Under the pieces are notes generated by a model. That model had not been told where the DNA came from. It did no database searches and worked only from the letters and a program-made list of their open reading frames with translations. Shown piece after piece: positions 39,598 through 47,998 of a stretch of DNA of 64,000 bases. Each line of letters opens with the position of its first letter. Positions within the stretch are counted from its first letter, which is position 1. Made by a program: the position numbers and the translations under genes. The DNA is from an uncultured bacterium (GTDB taxonomy: Bacteria > Patescibacteriota > Minisyncoccia > UBA6257 > GWB1-50-10), in NCBI GenBank assembly GCA_903827975.1, contig CAIKKG010000024.1, forward strand, positions 523-64,522. Direction: 5' to 3'.

Positions 39598-39999
39598 ATG
39601 AAAGGTCGGATGTTTGTTTATATAATAAATCAATTTATGAAAAATCTAATAAAATATTCAGTACTTGGTCTTTCAATGTTTCCAGTATTAGCATCTGCTG
39701 CTAATGCAATAACTGGTGGTCCTACAAGTGCTGGTGATGTTTGGACTATAATCAATAATCTTTTGGGTTGGATGGTTGGTCTTTTCTTTTTGGCTGCGAC
39801 TGTTTTTATTCTTTTGGCCGGTTTCAAATATATGACTGCGGCTGGAGATGAGTCAAAGGTTACAGAAGCAAAAAACTATCTTACATATGCTGTAATAGGT
39901 ATTGCTGTTGGGCTTTTAGCATTTGCTATCCCAAATATTCTTGCCTCATTCCTAAAAGTTAATGTTCCGACTGGGGGTCCAGCTGGACAGGCCTTCTAA
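39598..39999 (+). CDS. Pilin-module protein, paralog 3. The ATG at 39637 is an alternative start.
   Basis: It has a signal peptide and the conserved hairpin (AGFKYMTAAGDESKVTEAKNYLTYAVIGIAVGLLAFAIP). Confidence 0.6.
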   Translation: MKGRMFVYIINQFMKNLIKYSVLGLSMFPVLASAANAITGGPTSAGDVWTIINNLLGWMVGLFFLAATVFILLAGFKYMTAAGDESKVTEAKNYLTYAVIGIAVGLLAFAIPNILASFLKVNVPTGGPAGQAF

Positions 40000-40017
40000 G
40001 TTATTTAACTAATTAAA

Positions 40018-40050
40018 AACCTCCGAGCTTTCATGTTTCGGAGGTTTTTG
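40018..40050 (+). terminator. Terminator of the SBP-pilin operon
   Basis: AAAAACCTCCGAGCTTTCATGTTTCGGAGGTTTTTGG. Confidence 0.7.
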
Positions 40051-40085
40051 GTTTAATGAGTGGGTTAGCAGGTATTCGTATATAT

Positions 40086-40167
40086 GCTCCCGTGGCGGAA
40101 CTGGCATACGCGCATGGCTTAGGACCATGTCCCGCAAGGGTTGGAGGTTCAAATCCTCTCGGGAGCA
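40086..40167 (+). tRNA. tRNA-Leu (anticodon TAG)
   Basis: The sequence shows acceptor GCTCCCG/CGGGAGC, a D-arm GGCGGAACTGGCATACGCGC like E. coli tRNA-Leu, anticodon stem CATGG/CCATG around loop CTTAGGA, a long variable arm and T-loop GTTCAAATC. Confidence 0.8.
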
Positions 40168-40173
40168 CAAAGA

Positions 40174-40198
40174 TAAAAACACCAATCTGGTGTTTTTA
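40174..40198 (+). terminator. Terminator after tRNA-Leu
   Basis: AAAAACACCAATCTGGTGTTTTTAG. Confidence 0.65.
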
Positions 40199-40369
40199 GT
40201 TTGTTTATTTAAACTATTTAGATTGGATTGTAAATTATTGACAAGCCTTTAAATTAGTGTTTTGCTCTAATTAATTCCTTGCCGCATGGCATAGGTGGTT
40301 ACTGAAAGGTAGCAACGGGGTCTTTCCTTTCCCTATCAAAAGGATGTTCTTTCCAATAGAAAGGGTCGT

Positions 40370-40663
40370 ATGACCAATACACCCATTCCCGCAATTCGCA
40401 TCTCCATCTCTAGCGGCCCCTCCCGCGAGGAGCTGTTCGATGCTCTTCGCCTGCGCCATGAGCACCGGCCCATCTTGGTCAAGGTCCACCCCTTGGACCA
40501 GAAGCCGATGGATATTAAGTTCATCGTGAACGGAATCGCCGTCGAGGATGGAAGCGGACAGAACTGGCTCATTGAGTTTTTGAACGTGCAGACCCACCAG
40601 ATCGTTCGCGGGTATTACAACTCGCGTACGCGCGCGGGTTGGCTCGACTTCCCTCGAGTGTAG
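40370..40663 (+). CDS. Hypothetical 97-aa protein encoded by a GC-rich (about 57%) stand-alone gene
   Basis: It has a TTGACA -35 at 40238, an AAGGG RBS 5 nt before ATG and its own terminator. It is a GC island between tRNA-Leu and the tyrosine recombinase. Confidence 0.5.
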   Translation: MTNTPIPAIRISISSGPSREELFDALRLRHEHRPILVKVHPLDQKPMDIKFIVNGIAVEDGSGQNWLIEFLNVQTHQIVRGYYNSRTRAGWLDFPRV

Positions 40664-40676
40664 TCATCACATCAAT

Positions 40677-40708
40677 CGCCGCCCGATATATTCGGGCGGT
40701 TTTTTTAT
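40677..40708 (+). terminator. Rho-independent terminator
   Basis: CGCCGCCCGATATATTCGGGCGGTTTTTTT. Confidence 0.7.
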
Positions 40709-40713
40709 ATAAA

Positions 40714-41604
40714 TTATTCCTCCTTCCTTCTAACTCCGTGAAATGCTTCGTGTACCTCATGAAGCTCTTTATTTGTAAGATGAGTATAGACCTGAGTTGT
40801 AGAAATATTTGCGTGACCCAGTAATTCCTGCACCGAGCGAAGATCTGCTCCATTAATTAATAGATCTGTTGCAAATGAGTGGCGTAACTCATGAGGATGA
40901 ACTCGCTTCGCAATCCCAGCCTTCCTCGCATATGTATCAACTAAACGCTGAACAGTTCTTGGAATTATTCTACCTAAAATCTTACCTGTTTTTGCAATAC
41001 TAACAAAAAGTGCCTCCTCAGCATCTGTTCGTTTTTCTAAATACTCTTTAATTGCTTTTTTTGAACTTGTAGAAAGAAACACAACACGAATCTTCTCTCC
41101 CTTTCCTCGAACAGAAAGCTCACCACGAGTTAGATCTATATAGCGTGGAAGATTGCATATCTCTGAGACTCGGAGCCCCGTTGAAAACAGAACCTCGAGT
41201 ACGGCCCTATCGCGAAGTGCACGAAGCGAGTCTCCTTCTGGTGCCGCAAGCAATCGTTCGAGCTCTTTATACTCCAAAACCTCTATATCTCTCCTTGCAA
41301 CCTTCGGTAGTTCTATTGTTTCTGGCGCTAGAGACTTTATTCCACGGCGCACAAGGTACTTTAAAAAATTGCGAAGTGAGATTACGTAGTAATTTTGCGT
41401 TATTTTTTTAATATTCTTGCGGGCTAGCGTAATGCGGAATGATCGCACAACCGAGTCTGTTATCTCGCCTGGAGTCTCAACACCAGTCTCCTTTAAAAAT
41501 ACCGTTAGGTAGTGCGAATAATTTTCACGCGTTTTAAGAGAACGGTTCTTTTCAATCTCAAGATAGTCCAAATACTCCTGAAAAAGCTTCTTAATCTCGC
41601 TCAT
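40714..41604 (-). CDS. xerD: Tyrosine site-specific recombinase of the XerC/XerD type
   Basis: The 296-aa protein has an N-terminal core-binding domain (LDYLEIEKNRSLKTRENY) and a C-terminal catalytic region HPHELRHSFATDLLINGADLRSVQELLGHANISTTQVYTHL, with the R...HxxR...Y residues. Confidence 0.8.
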   Translation of the reverse strand: MSEIKKLFQEYLDYLEIEKNRSLKTRENYSHYLTVFLKETGVETPGEITDSVVRSFRITLARKNIKKITQNYYVISLRNFLKYLVRRGIKSLAPETIELPKVARRDIEVLEYKELERLLAAPEGDSLRALRDRAVLEVLFSTGLRVSEICNLPRYIDLTRGELSVRGKGEKIRVVFLSTSSKKAIKEYLEKRTDAEEALFVSIAKTGKILGRIIPRTVQRLVDTYARKAGIAKRVHPHELRHSFATDLLINGADLRSVQELLGHANISTTQVYTHLTNKELHEVHEAFHGVRRKEE

Positions 41605-41667
41605 TACCCTTATTGTATCACAAGAATATTGTGCGACACATAATGTGCCTCGTGGTGGGCATTATTT

Positions 41668-41696
41668 TTGACAAATTTCTCTATTCATAGTAGGAT
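41668..41696 (+). promoter_or_regulatory. Candidate promoter of rpsO: TTGACA, a 17-nt spacer, then TAGGAT
   Basis: A perfect -35, 17-nt spacing and a 4/6 match at -10. Confidence 0.35.
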
Positions 41697-41703
41697 TACG
41701 GAC

Positions 41704-41970
41704 ATGCTTACGAAGCGAAAGAAACAAACCGTAATCAAGGATTTTCAGACACACACAACCGATACCGGCTCTGCCGAGGTTCAGGTTGGGCTTTTGACGA
41801 AACAAATTAAGTCACTTGCTGATCACTTGAAGAAACACGCGAAGGACCACCACTCACGCCGTGGACTTCTTATGATGGTTGGTAAGCGTCGCAGATTCTT
41901 ACAGTATTTAAAGCGTGAGGACGTAAAAAAGTATGACAAGTTGGTCAAAAAACTCGATATCGAATCGTAA
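41704..41970 (+). CDS. rpsO: 30S ribosomal protein S15
   Basis: [73 protein letters not shown]. The ORF-track start at 41668 is an N-terminal over-extension. Confidence 0.85.
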   Translation: MLTKRKKQTVIKDFQTHTTDTGSAEVQVGLLTKQIKSLADHLKKHAKDHHSRRGLLMMVGKRRRFLQYLKREDVKKYDKLVKKLDIES

Positions 41971-42568
41971 CTCAAGAACGGTTAGCCCTGTAAAGAGCGG
42001 ACCTGTTCAGCGAGTACCCTTACAAAAACAACCTCAGGTTGTAAAAAAAGAAATCCCAAGCGCCTACAAAAATCAGCGTGTTGGGATTTTTTTAGATATT
42101 CAGAACATATACCACTCTGCAAAACACCTTTTCAACTCTCGAATTAATTTTCAAGAGCTTGTAAAAGCCTTGGTAAAAGAGCGTGTGCTCGTAAGAGCAG
42201 TTGCGTATGTTGTGAAAAGTGAGACCGCGGCAGGTGAAGAATCGTTCTTTGACGCTCTTAGAAAGACTGGATTCGAACTTCGTTCAAAGGACTTGCAGAT
42301 TTATCCAGATGGTTCCAAAAAAGCCGATTGGGATATCGGAATGGCAATTGATGCCGTACGTATGTCGAGCTCACTCGACACGATAATCCTTGTAACTGGG
42401 GATGGTGACTTTATTCCGCTAGTTGAATATTTGAAAGTTGGGCTTGGAAAGCATGTAGAGGTTGCTGGGTTCTCCAAAACATCCTCTGGAAAGCTAAAAG
42501 AGGTTGCTGAACCATTCATAGAGATAGAAAAGATTCCAAAAATTCTTATGGGTATAAGGAATCGATAA
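41933..42568 (+). CDS. NYN-domain (LabA-like, PIN-fold) putative ribonuclease inserted between rpsO and pnp
   Basis: The motifs [12 protein letters not shown]...[17 protein letters not shown] are present. The start is uncertain because it overlaps the rpsO 3' end. Confidence 0.6.
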   Translation: MTSWSKNSISNRNSRTVSPVKSGPVQRVPLQKQPQVVKKEIPSAYKNQRVGIFLDIQNIYHSAKHLFNSRINFQELVKALVKERVLVRAVAYVVKSETAAGEESFFDALRKTGFELRSKDLQIYPDGSKKADWDIGMAIDAVRMSSSLDTIILVTGDGDFIPLVEYLKVGLGKHVEVAGFSKTSSGKLKEVAEPFIEIEKIPKILMGIRNR

Positions 42569-42716
42569 TACAAAATAAAAACTGCCGCATTGGCGGTTTT
42601 TTGATTTTTGTGTCCTGGTCTGGCAAAAAAATTAGATACAAGGTACGATAAGCTGGTAAATAAAAAGGCGAAAAAATAAAAATAAGTCCTGTTTGACATA
42701 ACGGGGCACAAACAAA

Positions 42717-44783
42717 ATGAATTTAAATAGAAAAAAGTTTGAGACAGTTTTAGGAGATGCTAAGTTGCAGGTTGAGGTTTCTGAGCTAGCCCATCAGGCG
42801 AACTCAGCAGTTTTGGTATCACACGGAGATACGGTTGTTCTTGCGGCCACAGTTATGGGTCACAAAGAGACCTCGTTAGATTATTTTCCGCTTACTGTGG
42901 ATTTCGAGGAGCGTTTTTATGCAGTTGGAAAAATCTTGGGAAGCAGATTCGTACGCAGAGAAAATAGACCGACTGAGAACGCTATTCTCTCAGGAAGGTT
43001 GATAGATAGAACTATCCGCCCTCTTTTTGATCAGCGCTTACGCCGTGAGGTTCAGGTAATTCTCACAATTATTTCATACGATGGTATTCATAGTCCTGAT
43101 GTGGTTGCATTGTTTGCGGCATCAGTCGCTCTCGGTATTTCTGACATCCCTTGGGGTGGTCCAGTTGCTGGCGTACGCACAAGCGTTACGGAATCAGCCG
43201 ACGGAAAAACATACGCATCATTTTTTGCAGGAACAGAGTCATTCATTAACATGATTGAGCTCGAAGGAAAGGAGGTTTCTGAAAAAGTTGCAACAGATGT
43301 TTTTGTGTCCTCACAAGAAACAATTAAACAACTTGTCTCATTCCAGAAAAATATAATTACAGAGATTGGAAAAAAGAAGCAGGATGTATTAGAGCCTGAG
43401 ACAACTCCAGCTGTAAAAGAATTATTTACACGCTTCTTGGATGGAAAATTGGAAGGTGCGTTGAAAAATGACACACTCTATCCACTTAAGGAAGAGTTGT
43501 TTGAATATTTAAAAACTACAGAAAATGCGGAAGCTGCATTAAGGCATGGCGAGCACATATTCGAGACGGTTGTCGATGAGTTTGTTCACACATATGCATT
43601 AAAAGAAGGTAAGCGTGTTGATGGAAGAGGATTCGATGAAGTTCGCGATTTATATGCTGAGGTTCATATGTTTGAGCGCCTTCACGGCTCGGCAGTATTT
43701 ATGCGTGGCGACACCCAGGTATTTGCAGCAACAACACTTGGCTCTCCTGCAGATGAGCAACTAACAGAAGATATTAGTGGTGTAACAAAAAAGCGTTTTA
43801 TGCTCCACTACAACTTCCCAAGTTTCTCAACTGGTGAGACTGGCCGTTCACGTGGCCCAGGAAGACGAGAGATAGGACATGGTGCACTCGCACACAAAGC
43901 AATTTCGCAGGTGATCCCAGACAAGGAAGAATTTCCATATACAATTCGCGTTGTTGCGGAAACTCTCTCATCGAATGGTTCATCATCACAGGCAACAATC
44001 TGCTCAACATCACTTTCACTTATGGATGCTGGTGTGCCGATTAAGAAACCTGTTGCTGGAATTGCAATTGGGCTTATGACTGGAGAAGATGGAAATTATA
44101 AAATATTAACAGATATACAGGGTCCAGAGGATCACTATGGTGATATGGATTTCAAAGTTGCGGGAACAGATGCTGGTGTCCTAGCAATTCAGATGGATGT
44201 AAAAATCGGTGGAATCTCAAAAGAAATATTTATTGAGGCTTTGAAAGCTGGTGAGAAGGCACGTATGACAATACTTAGTGTTATGAATAAAACACTTTCT
44301 GCGAGCAGAGAGTCAGTATCAAAATATGCACCATTAATTCTTAAGATTTCAATTCACCCAAGCCAGATTGGTTTGGTTATTGGCCCTGGTGGAAAAATGA
44401 TTAACGGAATTATTGCTGATTGCGGTGGCGACATCTCAATCGATATTGATGAGGACGGCACAGTATTTGTATCAGGTGCTGACTCAGCAATGGTTAAGAA
44501 GGCACTTAGCACAGTGCAGGCGCTTGTACATGAATACAGCGTTGGTGATGTTGTAACCGGACCGATTATTAAGCTTCTTGAGTTTGGAGCTATTGTTGAT
44601 CTTGGTGGAGGACAGGATGGAATGATACACGTATCAGAATTAAAAGATGGATTTGTTAAGAAGGTTGAGGATGTTGTTCATCTTGGTGAGGTGGTAACCG
44701 CAAAAATTGTACGCTCTGAAAATGGAAAGATTGGTCTTTCATTAAAAGCGCTCGCACCAAAACAAGAAGAACCAAAACAGTAA
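42717..44783 (+). CDS. pnp: Polyribonucleotide nucleotidyltransferase (PNPase)
   Basis: The 688-aa protein has two RNase PH domains plus C-terminal KH and S1 domains. Confidence 0.95.
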   Translation: MNLNRKKFETVLGDAKLQVEVSELAHQANSAVLVSHGDTVVLAATVMGHKETSLDYFPLTVDFEERFYAVGKILGSRFVRRENRPTENAILSGRLIDRTIRPLFDQRLRREVQVILTIISYDGIHSPDVVALFAASVALGISDIPWGGPVAGVRTSVTESADGKTYASFFAGTESFINMIELEGKEVSEKVATDVFVSSQETIKQLVSFQKNIITEIGKKKQDVLEPETTPAVKELFTRFLDGKLEGALKNDTLYPLKEELFEYLKTTENAEAALRHGEHIFETVVDEFVHTYALKEGKRVDGRGFDEVRDLYAEVHMFERLHGSAVFMRGDTQVFAATTLGSPADEQLTEDISGVTKKRFMLHYNFPSFSTGETGRSRGPGRREIGHGALAHKAISQVIPDKEEFPYTIRVVAETLSSNGSSSQATICSTSLSLMDAGVPIKKPVAGIAIGLMTGEDGNYKILTDIQGPEDHYGDMDFKVAGTDAGVLAIQMDVKIGGISKEIFIEALKAGEKARMTILSVMNKTLSASRESVSKYAPLILKISIHPSQIGLVIGPGGKMINGIIADCGGDISIDIDEDGTVFVSGADSAMVKKALSTVQALVHEYSVGDVVTGPIIKLLEFGAIVDLGGGQDGMIHVSELKDGFVKKVEDVVHLGEVVTAKIVRSENGKIGLSLKALAPKQEEPKQ

Positions 44784-44792
44784 TTCACTCAC

Positions 44793-44822
44793 AAAAAAAC
44801 CGCGCTTGCGCGGTTTTTTGTT
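44793..44822 (+). terminator. Terminator after pnp
   Basis: AAAAAAACCGCGCTTGCGCGGTTTTTTG. Confidence 0.75.
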
Positions 44823-44855
44823 GTCCACATTTTTGTATGGTGTATAATAAAACAA

Positions 44856-45953
44856 ATGACAGACTTTCAACCACAACAGGGTCAAAATTGGTCGGACAAA
44901 AACCCTATGATCGGAACAGGAGAAGGAGAGGTACCACTAGCTAATACACCATTAGCAGAAGCGACAATGAGGACAATGTCCTCTGATGTTGCTTCTATAA
45001 AAGAGAGTGGTGGTGGAGAACCAAAACCATATAACCCGCAGGCAGAGAGCTTGCAACCAATGCAGTCGTTTTCTGAGGTTCCAATTCCTCAACCCGAGAT
45101 TGGTGGGGTTGCGCCAATGGCCCCACAACAGGAATACATCGCTCCAAAACCAAAGATGAATATGTACGTAATCATCGTTGGAATATTAGTTGCGGTTGTA
45201 GTTATTGTACTTGGTTATTTCTTTGTATACCCACTTCTTTCTCCATCTGTACAAACCCCACCAGCTCAGCAAGTTGTTCCAAACCCTGAAGCACAGGTAC
45301 CAGCAGCTGGTGAGCCGCTTCCACCAAATCCTTCTGAGACAACTACAACAAGTGCTGTTGTGCCACCAGAGGCTCCGGCAACTGGACCAGCAACCGTTGT
45401 AATGCATTCTTCTTTATTTAAAACATCTGCTGATGCATCATCAGAAGTAACACTCGCGTCACTAGCGCTTCCTGAAGTTAAGAAAGCAATACAGTCAGGT
45501 CCAGTCGAGGTTCCGATTTTTAAGGAGATTGTCTTTAAAAACGATACTGGAAAAGTTTATGCGGCGTCATCAATACTTTCCGTTTTCATTCCAAGCGTCT
45601 TTACTGAAAATGTAAGCTCTTTGTTTGAAAAAGACTTTTCTTTCTTTACCTATGTTGATAAGACGGACGTCTGGCCAGGCGTTGTTCTAAAACTAGCAGT
45701 TGGTGCGGATATTACGGCAGCTAAGGCTGAAATTGCAAAGTTAGAAATTAACAATGAGATTGGATCGCTATTCTTTTCTCAGCCAGGAACAGCGAGTGTT
45801 TGGAAGGATGGTAAGGTTGGATCATTCGCTGGACGCTATATTCCTTTCTCAACAAAAGGTTTTGCCTTCAACTACGCATGGGTTAATGATTATCTAATTC
45901 TTAGTACTAGTTATGTTGGAGAGCAGGCAGCTGTAAAAAACCTTGGGTTTTAA
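44856..45953 (+). CDS. Hypothetical single-pass membrane protein with Pro/Gln-rich low-complexity regions
   Basis: The 365-aa protein has a disordered N-terminus, one TM helix, a proline-rich linker and a C-terminal globular domain. Confidence 0.5.
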   Translation: MTDFQPQQGQNWSDKNPMIGTGEGEVPLANTPLAEATMRTMSSDVASIKESGGGEPKPYNPQAESLQPMQSFSEVPIPQPEIGGVAPMAPQQEYIAPKPKMNMYVIIVGILVAVVVIVLGYFFVYPLLSPSVQTPPAQQVVPNPEAQVPAAGEPLPPNPSETTTTSAVVPPEAPATGPATVVMHSSLFKTSADASSEVTLASLALPEVKKAIQSGPVEVPIFKEIVFKNDTGKVYAASSILSVFIPSVFTENVSSLFEKDFSFFTYVDKTDVWPGVVLKLAVGADITAAKAEIAKLEINNEIGSLFFSQPGTASVWKDGKVGSFAGRYIPFSTKGFAFNYAWVNDYLILSTSYVGEQAAVKNLGF

Positions 45954-46126
45954 TTAATCCGAAATAACTATCAGCTAAAAACCGCCGCGACTATGAAAGA
46001 CTCATAGCTCTCGGTGGTTTTTTTATGCGAGCTCATTTAATAAATCAAATGATTTTTTAATGCAATGTGCTAAAATGATTCTGTCGTAGTTTGACAACGT
46101 CGCCACACTAAACTATTTTTTAAAAT

Positions 46127-46453
46127 ATGATTACAAAGGAAGAGTTTGAGATGCTCAAAGAAAAATTACTCGAGGATAAGATTAAACTTTCTGGGGAACT
46201 AGAAGATCCTCACGTCAGTTTTGGAAGTGATGTTGATGCCTTTGATGAGGAGACTGATGAGGCTGAGGAGTTTGCAAATAGACTTGGCATTCAGGTAACA
46301 CTTAAAGAGCGCCTTCGTGAGGTGAATAGTGCGCTTGAGAGAATGGCTGTTAATGAGTATGGAACTTGCGAAGAGTGTCATAACCCAATCTCACTCGAAG
46401 TTCTTTCGGCGGAACCAGAGTCGCGCCTCTGCAAGTCTTGCAAAATAAAATAA
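46127..46453 (+). CDS. DksA/TraR-family C4-type zinc-finger protein
   Basis: The 108-aa protein has a coiled-coil N-terminus and CEECHNPISLEV...CKSC. Its 3' end overlaps the comM start. Confidence 0.65.
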   Translation: MITKEEFEMLKEKLLEDKIKLSGELEDPHVSFGSDVDAFDEETDEAEEFANRLGIQVTLKERLREVNSALERMAVNEYGTCEECHNPISLEVLSAEPESRLCKSCKIK

Positions 46454-47997
46454 TGATTAGTTCCGTTCCGAAACTTTTCTCGGCGGAACTTGAGGGTATT
46501 GATGCTGATCTTATTGAGGTGGAGGCTGACTTAAATGTTGGCCTCCATTCTTTTAATATTGTTGGGCTTGCGGACAAGGCTGTTAGCGAAGCTAAAGAGC
46601 GCGTTAATTCCGCTCTCAAAAATTCTGGAGTTAAACCACCAACGAGAGAAAACAGAAAGATAACAATAAATCTTGCGCCGGCGGATACTAAAAAAGCTGG
46701 CGCTCGTTTTGATCTTCCAATTGCAATTGCATACATGTTAGCGAGTAACCAGTTAAAAACTTTTGCGACTGATGATAAATTGTTTGTAGGTGAACTTTCT
46801 CTTGATGGGTCATTACGCACAATTAGTGGCGCATTAAACATTGCGCTACTTGCGAGAGCGCGCGGAATTAAACAACTATTCCTTCCGGCTCAGAACGCTT
46901 CTGAGGCTGCTGTTATAGAGGAGGTTGAGATTATTCCAGTAAGGTCTGTTAAACAACTAGTTGATCACTTGGAGGGTGTTCTGAAAATAGAACCACAGCC
47001 AGTCACGAAATTTGTTCCTGGTTATTCTCAATCACAAGTTGCACTTAGAGATGTTCGTGGACATGTCGCTGCAAAACGTGCACTTGCGATTTCGGCGGCT
47101 GGCGGACACAACATCCTTATGTCAGGACCGCCTGGCACGGGCAAGACGATGCTTGCGCAAGCAATCCCATCAATACTTCCACTTCCATCACTTGAAGAGA
47201 GTATTGAGATTACAAAGATTTATAGTGCTGCGGGCCTTACACAACGCGCATCTTTTATTGAGTGGCGACCTTTTCGCGCACCGCACCATAGTGCGTCACT
47301 TGTTTCTATTCTTGGTGGTGGAGCAAATCCGCGCCCTGGAGAAATAAGTCTATCTCATAGAGGTGTTTTATTTTTAGATGAGCTTCCTGAGTTTCACCGT
47401 GACATTTTGGAAGGTCTTCGTCAGCCATTAGAAGATGGTAGGGTACACATAGCTCGCGCAAAAAAGACATTAGTATTTCCAGCGCGCTTTATTCTAGCCG
47501 CCGCAATGAATCCATGTCCGTGTGGTCATTTTGAGTCAGGTGATAAGGAGTGTAAGTGTAGCGCTCATGAAATACTTCGTTACCAGAAAAAACTCTCTGG
47601 CCCATTACTTGATAGATTTGATATTCAGATTGAGGTTAAAAAAATTCCGATAGAGGATTTGCAAAAACCTCGCGAAAAAAATGAGGGAGATGATGAGGAA
47701 AAAATGAAGTGTCAGATTGAGACTGCTAGAAGAATGCAGATTTTTAGATTTAAAGACACCTTCCCGCGAATACATTCTAATGCTGAGATGAGTTCTCGTC
47801 AGACTGAAAAATTTGTATTATCTGATTCTGGTGCTGAGGAATTTTTAAAAATGATTTTAGAAAAACAAGTTCTATCAACGCGAGGGTATTATCGCGTCCT
47901 AAAAGTTGGTAGGACAATTGCAGATCTTGCTGGTTCTGAATGTGTAAAAAAAGAACACCTTGCAGAGGCGTTCCAATATCGCTTAAGAGAGATTTAG
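46438..47997 (+). CDS. comM: YifB/ComM-family Mg-chelatase-like AAA+ ATPase, a competence-associated helicase
   Basis: The 519-aa protein has a Lon-like N-terminal domain, Walker A GPPGTGKT, an MCM-like AAA domain and a C-terminal domain. Confidence 0.85.
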   Translation: MQNKIMISSVPKLFSAELEGIDADLIEVEADLNVGLHSFNIVGLADKAVSEAKERVNSALKNSGVKPPTRENRKITINLAPADTKKAGARFDLPIAIAYMLASNQLKTFATDDKLFVGELSLDGSLRTISGALNIALLARARGIKQLFLPAQNASEAAVIEEVEIIPVRSVKQLVDHLEGVLKIEPQPVTKFVPGYSQSQVALRDVRGHVAAKRALAISAAGGHNILMSGPPGTGKTMLAQAIPSILPLPSLEESIEITKIYSAAGLTQRASFIEWRPFRAPHHSASLVSILGGGANPRPGEISLSHRGVLFLDELPEFHRDILEGLRQPLEDGRVHIARAKKTLVFPARFILAAAMNPCPCGHFESGDKECKCSAHEILRYQKKLSGPLLDRFDIQIEVKKIPIEDLQKPREKNEGDDEEKMKCQIETARRMQIFRFKDTFPRIHSNAEMSSRQTEKFVLSDSGAEEFLKMILEKQVLSTRGYYRVLKVGRTIADLAGSECVKKEHLAEAFQYRLREI

Positions 47998-47998
47998 C

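Noticed and set aside
40271-40597. Minus-strand ORFs 40271-40597 and 40336-40572 in the GC-rich island
   Set aside because: They overlap the plus-strand 40370-40663 ORF, which has an RBS and a downstream Rho-independent terminator in the correct orientation. High GC inflates ORF length on all frames.
40086-41604. Intact prophage or genomic island integrated at tRNA-Leu
   Set aside because: The recombinase is XerC/D-like and is followed directly by core genes (rpsO, pnp). No phage structural, replication or att repeat features are visible, so at most a remnant is present (see finding).
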